DNA of 33,807 nt, from positions 1 to 33,807 of IMG/VR virus record IMGVR_UViG_2695420701_000007, one strand, 5' to 3'. A program made the position numbers and the translations under genes. Under the pieces are notes generated by a model that had not been told where the DNA came from, made no database searches, and worked only from the letters and a program-made list of their open reading frames with translations. The DNA comes from a virus (taxonomy: Duplodnaviria > Heunggongvirae > Uroviricota > Caudoviricetes). The stretch's first letter is position 1. The number at the start of each line of letters is the position of its first letter. Below, in pieces: positions 1-9,239 of the stretch.

Positions 1-1773
1 GGCATCGAAGTTTCCGTAATTTAACGGAATTACCTGTCCGTTTACGGCGAACGTGATGCTGTTATCTGTATTCCTCTGGCTGAAAAAATGCCAGCCTGAA
101 TCATCACCAAGCTCTGCAACAACAGGCCTGGATGGATTACCCCACAAATAAAACGCTGCATTTTTCGTGGAGTTGTTGGCGCTGGATAACGTGAATTTTC
201 TGGCAGTTCCGGCCTGAATATTCTTAAAAGCAATAGCCACGCCATTCTGAAAACGAAATACATGCTGTCCATTCGCATAAACATCCAGCAGACCATCGCC
301 ATTTTGTTTAAACCCGGTATCGTTATCTCCTAAAACGATTGAACTTCCACCTAACGCATTCGTCGTACCAATTCCAAGACAACCATTAATGACGGCATTA
401 ACCAGAATATTTAGTGTATTCCATTTGAGATTCATCAGGTCTTTAACCCGGCCGCCAGCGAGGCGGTGTCTCCATTTGAAATATTCATTACCGTTATCCG
501 CCGTTTCAAACCACATGTAGGAATCGGTGTCTGCATCCGAATCATTTTTAAATCCAATCTTCGCCCAGTCAGTATTCCGAATCCAGGCGAGGATTGAGTC
601 GTTTTCAAAAGTCAGTCCACCGGACAAGGTATCGCCTGTCTTTTGGACAGCGTTATCAGCCTTGTTTACCGTTTCCTGTAAACCAACGTTCTGGATAAAC
701 AGCGGTTTATCGGGAATATCTGCTCCGTTCTGATTTTTTTGCAGCGCTCCTGTGATGCGGATGTCGTCACCTGCGGCTACAGTGTCCTGCGCGGTGCCAA
801 CATTAAGGGTGGCGCTGTCGCCGAGGCCCATATGCTTTCTGGCATCAGACTGGGCCTGTTCACCTTTGTCAGCAATTTCTTTCAGGTTCCCGTTACGGGT
901 CAGGTATTCGCCATCAAGGCGGTCATTTAATGGTTTGCGGGTTTTTCGTATATCGGTGATCTCGCCACTGTCTGATATTGTGGCGATGGGTTCGACATAA
1001 TGGGCAAATCCTGAACTGTCGGTATAGTCGGCTGTTTTCTGACTCGTCAGGCTGAATATGGCTTTATTTTCCCCGGTCAGGGTACCGGTTAATGCCGCGT
1101 CAACATAAACAGTTTGTGAAATTCCGGTGGCGTATGTCAGTGTGCCTTGTTCATCCAGCTCCACACGTAATCCGCGCAGATAGGCAATACCCGGCGCGAA
1201 GGTCGCCTGCCCGGTAGCCTGAGCGGTGAGTTTAAAGGCGTTATTAAAGAACAGGCCAGGCCCGTAGATATCCAGCGCCGCTTTGCGGGTGGCCTCGTCC
1301 ATGCCGTGAAGCCGTGCCGTAAAATCAATCTGCCAGGTGCTTACTGGCGTGGTGATGCCGGTTGCGGCGCTGGCTCCGGCGTATTCCATAATTTCAGAAT
1401 AAATCAGGGTATTACCCTGTTTGCCGTCTGCGGTTTTTATTTTTTTCTGAGGGTGAAGATATACCACCATACAAAGTGTATTTGTGGTGCTGCTTACCAG
1501 ACCCAGCCAGTTAAAAGTAAAATCACCCGTGGACTCCGGCAGGGTAACGGAGTAGGCGACGGTGTTCTCATTTACCATTCCGTTGCGATCAACGTTCTGG
1601 CGGTGAACTATCTGTGCATCGGGGGGCAATGGTTCGTTTTCAGACGGCGTGTCGGCAATGTTCAGATCCGGGATATTTGCAAATACAAACTGATCAATGA
1701 TGATACGGTTGCCGCCTGCGGCTTCCTGCGCTTTCAGGCGCTCAAATGCTGAAGTGATAGCGCTCTGGGTCAT
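1..1773 (-). CDS. Tail fibre protein, first 591 codons (3' end beyond left edge)
   Basis: Absent from the ORF track because it is edge-truncated. ATG at 1773 with GGAG 7 nt upstream. I translated every 60-nt line down to base 1 and found no stop. The N-terminus (MTQSAITSAFERLKAQEAAGGNRIIIDQFVFANIPDL...DFTFNWLGLV) looks like a phage tail-collar fibre N-domain. Downstream, GDTLSGGLTFENDSILAWIRNTDWAKIGFKNDSDADTDSYMWFETADNGNEYFKWR is typical of enterobacterial side tail fibres. Confidence 0.85.
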   Translation of the reverse strand, partial: MTQSAITSAFERLKAQEAAGGNRIIIDQFVFANIPDLNIADTPSENEPLPPDAQIVHRQNVDRNGMVNENTVAYSVTLPESTGDFTFNWLGLVSSTTNTLCMVVYLHPQKKIKTADGKQGNTLIYSEIMEYAGASAATGITTPVSTWQIDFTARLHGMDEATRKAALDIYGPGLFFNNAFKLTAQATGQATFAPGIAYLRGLRVELDEQGTLTYATGISQTVYVDAALTGTLTGENKAIFSLTSQKTADYTDSSGFAHYVEPIATISDSGEITDIRKTRKPLNDRLDGEYLTRNGNLKEIADKGEQAQSDARKHMGLGDSATLNVGTAQDTVAAGDDIRITGALQKNQNGADIPDKPLFIQNVGLQETVNKADNAVQKTGDTLSGGLTFENDSILAWIRNTDWAKIGFKNDSDADTDSYMWFETADNGNEYFKWRHRLAGGRVKDLMNLKWNTLNILVNAVINGCLGIGTTNALGGSSIVLGDNDTGFKQNGDGLLDVYANGQHVFRFQNGVAIAFKNIQAGTARKFTLSSANNSTKNAAFYLWGNPSRPVVAELGDDSGWHFFSQRNTDNSITFAVNGQVIPLNYGNFDA

Positions 1774-2314
1774 TTTTCATCTCCGGTGCATAAAAATAGT
1801 GATAGCTGCCATGCCAGTATCCGTGTCCGATAACACAATCCGTGGATGTGATTATCTGAAGATGGTAACGGCGGCAGGTGCGACCGTACTGGCGAATTAT
1901 CTGATTGAGTAATGTTGTATTTTCTGAGATCTGGTTGTCTGTCAGGCGCAAAAGAACAACATCCCAGTCTGTGCCTGGCTGGCGCTCCTGAATCTCCACA
2001 TAACCGATCCCCAGTCGTTCAAAAATTGCCCTGAATCCCGCCACGCTGCCCGCGTCCTGTGCGTTGATAAAGGCATATTTGACACGCTTTCTGTACAGCG
2101 TGAGCGGTTCGCCGTCAAAACGGGCTATATCATATTGCCAGGCTGTCAGGTTCAGAATGGATTCCGCACATGTCAGTGGGTCGGTCTGGCTCAGTGGCCA
2201 TGTTACCCAGTCGTGCACCTTTCCCCAGAAACGGATAAAGGTGTTTTTCAGGCGGAGCACATCGCCGCGATTCAGCCATGACGGCAACTTAATGTCCGGT
2301 GATTTATCAGACAT
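1742..2314 (-). CDS. Baseplate/tail protein, P2 gpI-like by position (190 aa)
   Basis: ORF lies between the J-like gene and the fibre gene. It overlaps J by 8 nt and the fibre start by 32 nt. Assignment is positional. Confidence 0.5.
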   Translation of the reverse strand: MSDKSPDIKLPSWLNRGDVLRLKNTFIRFWGKVHDWVTWPLSQTDPLTCAESILNLTAWQYDIARFDGEPLTLYRKRVKYAFINAQDAGSVAGFRAIFERLGIGYVEIQERQPGTDWDVVLLRLTDNQISENTTLLNQIIRQYGRTCRRYHLQIITSTDCVIGHGYWHGSYHYFYAPEMKNDPERYHFSI

Positions 2315-3485
2315 TCTTCACCTCAACTGTCAGTGTGTTCAGGCGGGGTACGTTCAGATCGCTGATGATATCCTCAAGGGAAAACGTCACGGATCCCACC
2401 AGAGGAAAGGTGTCATGCAGTTCGCGTCCCAGTTGCGAGAATGAAAAGCGACTGTATGGCCATGTGCGGGTTACGTCGTAGTTACTGTTTTCACGGAATG
2501 CACAACGAATCAGGTTTTCAGTGCCTGATTTCAGGGCGTCGATATCGTTTTTGCTGATATTGGAAAGGTTTTCAACATACACCGTAACCGCCAGATCGTG
2601 GCGGGTTTCCGGCATGGCAAAACAACGCATATCATCGCCGTGGCCGTGATGTCCCTGTGCCATGATGTAATCATTCACGCTGTCAACCCAGGGTTGCGAA
2701 ATAACCCCGGTATCCAGCAGCAGGTAGGCATTAGCTGTACCAGGTCCTCGCGGGGCGTCATGTAAAAAGAAGATGCGATCGATGGTCAGTCCGGCCTGTG
2801 CAGCTATCAGGCTGCGGTAAACTGCGTCAGTGTGATAACTGCCGGCAAGGTTAAACTGGTTACGGCAACGATCTTTTAGTTCGTCGTCACTTTCGCGGTT
2901 TGCGCCCGGTATGGTCAGCCAGTTATCACCGTTACGTACAGACGCAATTCCGTTAATCGCTTTGGGGAGTATCTGGTAATAGCCTGGTGCCAGATTGAAT
3001 GCCGTACCGCTGTCGGTGGCGATCACATCAATAAGGGTGCTTTGCGTGCCTGCGGGGATAATTACCTGCTCGCGGGTCGCCATGGAATAAATCACACCGT
3101 TAATACGCTCCGTCTGAATCAGTGTGCCAGCCGGTACGGTCACACTGTCATTCTGGTTGTTTTTGGTAAAAATGATTTTACCGATCGCACGCGTGGCTTC
3201 CTTGCGGGTAAGCTTGAGGGCGGCAGCGAACAGGTCAACGAACGGCCCTCTGGCAGTCATCAGAAACAGATTATGCAGTACATTGTCAGCCAGTGTGTCA
3301 ACAATCCACACATACGGCGTGATAACCAGCAACTGAATCAGCCGCCAGAATGGCGACATGCGCGACGTATTGGTGATGAGTTTTTCATCATCTGCCACCT
3401 GTTGCAGGGTGTCACGTACGGTCTGTTCATCAACCGGCATTCCGCTTTCGCGCAGTATGTTTTTGAAGTCGATATTATTCTGCAT
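2307..3485 (-). CDS. Baseplate J-like protein (392 aa)
   Basis: Size and position (after a small W-like gene, before the I-like and fibre genes) match the P2 W-J-I-H order. It overlaps both neighbours, consistent with coupled translation. Confidence 0.65.
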   Translation of the reverse strand: MQNNIDFKNILRESGMPVDEQTVRDTLQQVADDEKLITNTSRMSPFWRLIQLLVITPYVWIVDTLADNVLHNLFLMTARGPFVDLFAAALKLTRKEATRAIGKIIFTKNNQNDSVTVPAGTLIQTERINGVIYSMATREQVIIPAGTQSTLIDVIATDSGTAFNLAPGYYQILPKAINGIASVRNGDNWLTIPGANRESDDELKDRCRNQFNLAGSYHTDAVYRSLIAAQAGLTIDRIFFLHDAPRGPGTANAYLLLDTGVISQPWVDSVNDYIMAQGHHGHGDDMRCFAMPETRHDLAVTVYVENLSNISKNDIDALKSGTENLIRCAFRENSNYDVTRTWPYSRFSFSQLGRELHDTFPLVGSVTFSLEDIISDLNVPRLNTLTVEVKNV

Positions 3486-3813
3486 AGCGCATCCCCTGGC
3501 TTAACTGACCAAAATCGTAGGTATCGGCGGTAACAAGGAGCTGGCCGCGTTGCTCTTCGTCAATAAATACGGAGCCGGGAATGAGGCGTTCATCCTCCTC
3601 CAGGAGTATCACCATTTGCGTGAACAGGTCGGCCCTGAGTGTGGGGCTGTTCTCCGCAATCAGACGACAGGGCAGACCACTTTCAATCAGGGCGTGAATC
3701 ATGTCCTGAGCAATACTCTGGCGGTTGTCACACAAGACCGGCTCACTGGCGGAGTTGAACGTAAGATCGCCGTCAGTAATGAGCAGGTCGATATAAAGTG
3801 ATTTCGTACTCAT
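3475..3813 (-). CDS. Small baseplate protein, gpW/gp25-like by position (112 aa)
   Basis: Small acidic protein directly after the tape measure and directly before the J-like gene. Assignment is positional. Confidence 0.4.
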   Translation of the reverse strand: MSTKSLYIDLLITDGDLTFNSASEPVLCDNRQSIAQDMIHALIESGLPCRLIAENSPTLRADLFTQMVILLEEDERLIPGSVFIDEEQRGQLLVTADTYDFGQLSQGMRYAE

Positions 3814-3816
3814 TTG

Positions 3817-5898
3817 TCACCCCGCTGCCAGTTCGCTGTATTCCGCCAGTTGTCCCGGTGTCGCCAGGGTGTCAACGTGCAGTGTGATATCCTGCTTAAC
3901 GTTGTTATTGGTGACTTTGTCGCCCCGGTTGTTGCTTATCTGGTGACTTACCGGCCCGCCCTGGATGGCGGCGCTACGGTTGCCAGTGATAAGCTCCGGG
4001 GCGGGTGTCGGTGCGACGGTCTGTTGTGCGGTGCTGATATTGACACCGGGGATTTTGTTGAGCTTCTCTGCTATCCAGTTCCATGTCCCGGTAAAGGCGC
4101 TCTTAATGGAATCCCATATGCCGTCAAAGAGCTTGCCAATTCCAGCTGTGATATTGCCGAATGTGTCGGCCAGCGAGAAATTTTTAAACCAGTTCGTCAG
4201 ATTGTCCCATCCGGCTTTAATGCTGTTCCATGCATCATCAAACCAGCCCACCACAGCGTTAATGACTTTTAGCAGGGCACTGAAAGCTTCCGTGTCCATG
4301 ATGGCGGCTTTAATACTGTCCCAGTATTTGATAGCCAGACAGATCCCTACGGCAAGTGCGGCAATGGCGAGAATAATCAGGGTTATGGGACTTATCAGGA
4401 GTTGAAGCGCACCGCCTGCGAATGCCGTCGCCACGCCCCACAGGCGCATTGCAACCGCGCCCGCACGTAACACTACGTTCCAGGCTACGATCGCTGCTTT
4501 ACAGATCCCTGCCCAAAGAGCGACCAGCTTTGACCACACCCAGACGGCTTTTTCCTGAATCCATAGCCCCATCAGGCCAAGACGGGTTGAAAGCAGGGAG
4601 GGGCGTAATAAATCCAGGGTGAAGATTAGTCCTTTCCATGCGCCTTTCAGCACGCCAGCAATTCCGCTGAGCCCGGTCATGATAAAGCCGAAGGCCCCCA
4701 TCGTGATACTGGCAAGCGCCCCTGCTGCGGCAAAGGCGAGGGTCATTGCAGTGATATATCCCAGCCAGCGGGCAATATTGGGGAACGTATCCAGCCATTT
4801 CATGAAGGCTTTCCCGCCAGTGATGATTTTTTGCAGGAACGGGGCAAAGACGGGATCGAGCCGCAGACCGATACTGACGCGAACCTGCTCCAGTAAAGAA
4901 TTAACCTGATCCCACGGGTCAACCATCTTTTTCGCCATTTCGATGGCTTTATCCATGCCTTTGATGTTACCTAATGTATTGATGTTCCGTTTCAGCCCGT
5001 CAACATCTCCGGCCAGTAGTTTAATCATGGACACCGCTTCATCGCTGCCAAAGGCTTTTTTCAGCAGGTCTGCATCTGCCACTTTTGACAGATCACCAAA
5101 CTTTCCTTTAATCAGATCGATGATGCCGGTAATGCTTCTGGCACTGCCGTCCCGGTTGGTAAAGTTCAGCCCCAGCACTTTTTGCGCATTCCCAATCCCC
5201 GCCAGGAATGATTTATATTTGGTTCCCGCCTCGCTGCCTGACATGGTGGACTGGAGCTGTCCCAGTACGGCGAACTGTTCAGCGGCAGATACCTTCATTG
5301 CCTGCGCGTTGGCACCCAGCGCAGTAAAGGCAGCAGACATTTCATTACCGGTAGTTTTGAACACCTGAACGGCGGTTGCGGTCTGCCCGGCAATTTGTTC
5401 AACCCACTGCGTGCGCCCCATCTTCTCTGCGGTATTTTTAAAAACACCGTACATGGTGCCCATATAGTTAGTAATGGTGGCCGTGTCTGATTTGGTGGCT
5501 TTGGCGAGAATGGCGGATGCTTCAGTAAATTTTGGCAGTTCATCGCCCTGAAGTCCTGCGATGGCGGACTGGATATCGTAGGCGCTGCGGACGAAATTGC
5601 TGGCGCTTTCGCCGTAGTTAATGGCAAACGTCTGTGAAGTTTTACGCAGCTGATCGAGTGTTTTATTTGCCACATCCAGCGAGCTGACTTCGGCCAGCGC
5701 GGCTTCCATGTCGCGGGCGGGGTTGACCAGTCCTTTTATTCCCTGAGCAGCACCCCATAACCCGGCCACACCAAAACCGAGACGTTTAAAGTCGGCTGTT
5801 GCCTTGTCAGCAAATCCGGTCACAGCCGATTGCGCCTGTTTTAAGGGTCTCGTCAGCTTATCAACCAGACTTAGCGTAAAATCAAGTTCAGCAGCCAT
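3817..5898 (-). CDS. Tail tape measure protein (693 aa)
   Basis: Long Ala/Gly/Leu-rich protein with a central block of hydrophobic segments (…ITAMTLAFAAAGALASITMGAFGFIMTGLSGIAGVL…). Its ATG overlaps the stop of the frameshifted chaperone product (TAATG at 5896-5900). Confidence 0.85.
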   Translation of the reverse strand: MAAELDFTLSLVDKLTRPLKQAQSAVTGFADKATADFKRLGFGVAGLWGAAQGIKGLVNPARDMEAALAEVSSLDVANKTLDQLRKTSQTFAINYGESASNFVRSAYDIQSAIAGLQGDELPKFTEASAILAKATKSDTATITNYMGTMYGVFKNTAEKMGRTQWVEQIAGQTATAVQVFKTTGNEMSAAFTALGANAQAMKVSAAEQFAVLGQLQSTMSGSEAGTKYKSFLAGIGNAQKVLGLNFTNRDGSARSITGIIDLIKGKFGDLSKVADADLLKKAFGSDEAVSMIKLLAGDVDGLKRNINTLGNIKGMDKAIEMAKKMVDPWDQVNSLLEQVRVSIGLRLDPVFAPFLQKIITGGKAFMKWLDTFPNIARWLGYITAMTLAFAAAGALASITMGAFGFIMTGLSGIAGVLKGAWKGLIFTLDLLRPSLLSTRLGLMGLWIQEKAVWVWSKLVALWAGICKAAIVAWNVVLRAGAVAMRLWGVATAFAGGALQLLISPITLIILAIAALAVGICLAIKYWDSIKAAIMDTEAFSALLKVINAVVGWFDDAWNSIKAGWDNLTNWFKNFSLADTFGNITAGIGKLFDGIWDSIKSAFTGTWNWIAEKLNKIPGVNISTAQQTVAPTPAPELITGNRSAAIQGGPVSHQISNNRGDKVTNNNVKQDITLHVDTLATPGQLAEYSELAAG

Positions 5899-6385
5899 TA
5901 CCCACCTTTAAATGCTCTCGCAATGCCGTTATTGATGGCAATACTCATGTTTTCGAAATAACGGTTGTCCAGCCAGACCGCAGCGGCAATGTCTTCCGGT
6001 GTGTCCTCGCCATCCGGTAGCCAGTGGCGGCGCAATACCAGATATTGCGCGTAGCCGTTGCGCTCAATGCCGGACAGTGCCGCCTTTATTTTTTTACGGT
6101 GATATCCAGATTGACGGCAAAATCTTCATTGAGTTTTGCTGCCATCTGAAGGGCTGCTCCCGGGCGGTGAATGAGCTTCTCCAGTTTCTCTTTGTCTTCC
6201 GGGTGTACGCAGCGCATCAGGTAGTTTTTGGCTGGTGCTACCTTGTTATCCATCGTTATTTCATTCACGAACTTGTTGTAGACAGCTTCGGTCGGGGCGA
6301 AGCGAATATCCTCGCCTGCGACGGTCAGGGTGATGATGGTGGTATTTTCGTCTTTCATGCTATTTTCCCCGGTGAGTGGTGCCAT
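5898..6385 (-). CDS. Frameshifted chaperone fusion (gpE+E' / gpGT analogue) via -1 slip at A_AAA_AAA (6089-6095)
   Basis: The -1 frame after the A7 run stays open for 63 codons (IKAALSGIERNGYAQYLVLRRHWLPDGEDTPEDIAAAVWLDNRYFENMSIAINNGIARAFKGG). It has no start codon of its own near its 5' end. It stops at a TAA (5898-5900) that overlaps the tape-measure ATG. Confidence 0.65.
6086..6385 (-). CDS. Tail assembly chaperone (P2 gpE / lambda gpG analogue, 99 aa)
   Basis: Small ORF immediately upstream of the tape measure. It ends in GTA AAA AAA TAA. Confidence 0.7.
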   Translation of the reverse strand: MAPLTGENSMKDENTTIITLTVAGEDIRFAPTEAVYNKFVNEITMDNKVAPAKNYLMRCVHPEDKEKLEKLIHRPGAALQMAAKLNEDFAVNLDITVKK

Positions 6386-6388
6386 TTT

Positions 6389-6853
6389 TTAATGACATTG
6401 TTCAGTAATGTACTGTTGCAGGCCGTTCACTTGTGCAACGACGGCTTTCGCTTCGGCTCTGAGATGCTGATAATCCCGTTCAGCGTCCGGAGTAAGTCGG
6501 GCGGCGGTTGCATCAGTTGAGCCGGTGGCGGTGGTATCACGCGTGGCGGCGGGCATACAGACGGCGTGGAGCTGCAACCGGCGACGGCCAGAAGCAAGAT
6601 CGGCGCGTAACTTTTCGGATTCAGCTTTTGCATTGGCGAGCTCCTTTGTGTATTTCGCATCAAGCGCGGCGTTCTGGCGCTGACGCAGTGTCATGTCGTC
6701 AATGGTCTGCTGTCGGGTGTCGGCAAGCTTTACGGCTTTCTGGCGGGCTTTTTCTGCCCTGGTGAAGCGGTTGTGCCAGTGGTCAGCCGTGAAGCCGAGC
6801 ACGGCCACGGCGACGACCATGAAGACGATAAAGGCGAGCGTTGCGCGTTTCAT
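6389..6853 (-). CDS. i-spanin (Rz-like, 154 aa)
   Basis: N-terminal TM helix (LAFIVFMVVAVAVLGF) followed by a charged coiled-coil region. It follows the lysozyme gene and contains an embedded lipoprotein ORF. Confidence 0.8.
   Translation of the reverse strand: MKRATLAFIVFMVVAVAVLGFTADHWHNRFTRAEKARQKAVKLADTRQQTIDDMTLRQRQNAALDAKYTKELANAKAESEKLRADLASGRRRLQLHAVCMPAATRDTTATGSTDATAARLTPDAERDYQHLRAEAKAVVAQVNGLQQYITEQCH
6427..6633 (-). CDS. o-spanin lipoprotein (Rz1-like, 68 aa) embedded out of frame in the Rz-like gene
   Basis: MQKLNPKSYAPILLLAVAGC carries a lipobox (LAVAGC). The mature part is proline-rich (PPPRVIPPPPAQLMQPPP). The ORF is wholly nested within 6389..6853. Confidence 0.8.
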   Translation of the reverse strand: MQKLNPKSYAPILLLAVAGCSSTPSVCPPPRVIPPPPAQLMQPPPDLLRTLNGIISISEPKRKPSLHK

Positions 6854-6859
6854 GTGGCC

Positions 6860-7303
6860 TTACCTCTGTCCCAGAAACATTGCCCGTTCACGTCCGCGAC
6901 GCGGGGCCAGAATTGTCGGGTTACTGCCTGCGCGGCTCCATTTCAGGAAAGCATCAGCGGCGGCGGTGTAGTTGCCGGCGTTTAACTGACGGCGAACGGT
7001 GGAACCGATAAAAGCGTCAGCGCCGATATTGAAAATCAGGCTACACAACGCGTCATACTGACTCTGGTTCAGCGGAACTGTTACCCGTTCAGCGATGCAG
7101 TGCTCCACCCATGACAGATCGTCGCGTAGCAGTCTGTCGGCGGTGTCCTGAGTGATGGTCATGCCCTTGTGAACTGCGACACCATCAACCTTTCCTGTGT
7201 GACCTGTACCAATGGTCCATACGCCGCGCGGGTCGGGGTAAGCGGTCAGTTTGCAGTTTTCTTCGCGTTTAAGTGCGGTCAGCCCGTTGTCTGAAATTTT
7301 CAT
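6860..7303 (-). CDS. Endolysin, T4/P22-type lysozyme (147 aa)
   Basis: The motif LKREENCKLTAYPDPRGVWTIGTGHT matches the E-x8-D-x5-T catalytic signature of lysozyme-family endolysins. The start overlaps the holin stop (ATGA). Confidence 0.85.
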   Translation of the reverse strand: MKISDNGLTALKREENCKLTAYPDPRGVWTIGTGHTGKVDGVAVHKGMTITQDTADRLLRDDLSWVEHCIAERVTVPLNQSQYDALCSLIFNIGADAFIGSTVRRQLNAGNYTAAADAFLKWSRAGSNPTILAPRRGRERAMFLGQR

Positions 7304-7638
7304 TCGTCATTTTTCCCTGCAAATTTCTTTGTGATGAACACACCCAGTGCCCGGATATGTTCAACACCAATAAGGCCAATTGCGGCACCGATACCGACGC
7401 GCCAGTCTTCGGCCAGCCATGCGACGGGGACCGGCTTGATGAGGGTGAATGCCGCCACGGCCAGCAGGCAACACAACGGCACCTCAAGCAAAAGACGACG
7501 CCAGCTGCGGCCTGTGTAAAACACTCTGAGTGCTGCAATGACGGCAGTCATCAGTAGACTGTCAAGAGGGATATCACCACGTAACCAGTCTTTGATTATC
7601 GCCAGCCAGTCGCTCCAGTTGTGGGGAGGGCTTTGCAT
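7300..7638 (-). CDS. Holin (112 aa)
   Basis: Several hydrophobic segments (LLMTAVIAALRVFY, LLLEVPLCCLLAVAAFTLI, VGIGAAIGLIGV) and a charged C-terminus (KKFAGKNDE). It sits directly upstream of the lysozyme gene. Confidence 0.6.
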   Translation of the reverse strand: MQSPPHNWSDWLAIIKDWLRGDIPLDSLLMTAVIAALRVFYTGRSWRRLLLEVPLCCLLAVAAFTLIKPVPVAWLAEDWRVGIGAAIGLIGVEHIRALGVFITKKFAGKNDE

Positions 7639-7646
7639 TGTCTTTC

Positions 7647-8108
7647 CTATTGGTTCATGATGTCCCGAACATCGGTGGCGCTGAGAACCGGAACACCGTC
7701 AATTTTGACGAACTCCGGCGAAGTCACCATAAATTTGATTTTATGGCTTATGTTGTCACCGCCCTTGCTGTCGATACTCAGCAGGTTACTGATCAGCAGT
7801 TTGCAACCAAAGGCTTCCACCCTGAGTTCTGTCTTTGCTGCACGGGCAAAGAAGAGAAAGTCGGCTTCTTCGATGTCGCGCCAGCTCCCTGCTTCACGCG
7901 CGGCTTCGCCAAGAAGCTGGAAGTTAACGGTATCCAGTTCAATTTCACCGCCAGCTTCCACGTCGCCGCGTACCCAGCCATCAGGTACACCGCGCTCCTG
8001 GATGGCTTTGGTGTTGTCGGTAATATCAAGGGTGGCAGTTTTTACGTGAACGATGCGGCCATTAAATGACACGTCAAAGCTCATGCCACTGATGCGTTCG
8101 GTGCTCAT
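7647..8108 (-). CDS. Probable tail tube protein (153 aa)
   Basis: Position directly after the sheath-sized gene, and size. No motif recognised with certainty. Confidence 0.45.
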   Translation of the reverse strand: MSTERISGMSFDVSFNGRIVHVKTATLDITDNTKAIQERGVPDGWVRGDVEAGGEIELDTVNFQLLGEAAREAGSWRDIEEADFLFFARAAKTELRVEAFGCKLLISNLLSIDSKGGDNISHKIKFMVTSPEFVKIDGVPVLSATDVRDIMNQ

Positions 8109-8111
8109 GGG

Positions 8112-9236
8112 TTACTCTCCGCTTTCGTCCAGCATGATGCTGATGGTGATTTCTTTCGGGCAGTTATACGGGCGAACCACGATCGCAATCTGCACTTTGT
8201 CTTTTTCCGGCCATGAGATTTTTACGTCGCCGTCGCGCGGTGACATGCAAAGGCCAGGGAATACCGTGCCGTTGATTTTCAGGCTCTTTGCGCCGTCGCG
8301 CATGGGCTTCGCAAAAAGCTGTTGGTGCGCGGCCACACTTGCCGGGGTGGAGTTCAGTGAGCGATCGGCGATTTTTGGGATAGCCAGCAAACGCACCTGA
8401 CGGGCCATTTCATCGGCAACGCGCAGATATTCGATAGCCTGATAATCGCCACCGTCCACATCGAGCGTGACGCCGTCGGCCCAGTAGTAACCTTCGTAGT
8501 CGGGATACCACGTTGGTACGCTGAAACGCGCCCTGTTCAGGGCCCTGATGGTGGCAGTGTCCAGTTCGCGCTTGTCGCTGTCCTGCGGTTTATCGTTGCG
8601 GCCCATATTGACCAGTGCGCCGGTTGCAACACGGGCGGGGGAATCAGCGATCGTCACTGACGGATTGCAAAGGCGACCGGCCAGTATCCCCGGCTCATTG
8701 CCGAACAGCATCGGGGTAAGCTGCACCGCGTAAGCGGCAATGTCTTTCTGTAGTCCGGTTATGGCGGTGACGTATTCTGACCACTTCTCGCCTGTTCCGC
8801 AGCCGCGAACAGCCAGGATAAACCATGTCCAGCGCTGGAAGGTGTTATTGAGTTCGCTGCGCAGTTGCTGCGCTTTGTTGATATCGTCACCTGAGGCGTT
8901 AGCGCGAACAACGACAACGCCTTCCACCGAGAGGGTGGCCTGTGCATCCATAACCACATCAACCCACGTTCGGGTCCGACCAGAAGGCTGGGGTGTCTGC
9001 ACGGTTGCCAGCCAGATCATGGCATTTTGTCCGGCATTATCCAGAAACGCCTGCACGTTACTGCGCAACAATGAATCCTTTGTTCCTAGCAGCGAGTCAA
9101 GATCGGTTTGTGCTGTAACCGGTGTCGGGAGAATGGCTTTTGTGTGCTCGCCCACCATCAGCAGGGTGCAGGCGATCCCACGCTTGCTTCCGCTGTGGGT
9201 GTTGAGCTGATTAATCGTGACCTGTGGAAACGTCAT
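8112..9236 (-). CDS. Probable contractile tail sheath protein (374 aa)
   Basis: Size and its position in the order sheath-tube-(lysis)-chaperone-tape measure. Assignment is positional. Confidence 0.5.
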   Translation of the reverse strand: MTFPQVTINQLNTHSGSKRGIACTLLMVGEHTKAILPTPVTAQTDLDSLLGTKDSLLRSNVQAFLDNAGQNAMIWLATVQTPQPSGRTRTWVDVVMDAQATLSVEGVVVVRANASGDDINKAQQLRSELNNTFQRWTWFILAVRGCGTGEKWSEYVTAITGLQKDIAAYAVQLTPMLFGNEPGILAGRLCNPSVTIADSPARVATGALVNMGRNDKPQDSDKRELDTATIRALNRARFSVPTWYPDYEGYYWADGVTLDVDGGDYQAIEYLRVADEMARQVRLLAIPKIADRSLNSTPASVAAHQQLFAKPMRDGAKSLKINGTVFPGLCMSPRDGDVKISWPEKDKVQIAIVVRPYNCPKEITISIMLDESGE

Positions 9237-9239
9237 GGG

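Noticed and set aside
42-1000. Short ORFs on both strands within the first kilobase (42..302, 527..733, 739..930, 752..1000)
   Set aside because: All lie inside or antisense to the continuous 591-codon tail-fibre frame, which I verified codon by codon.
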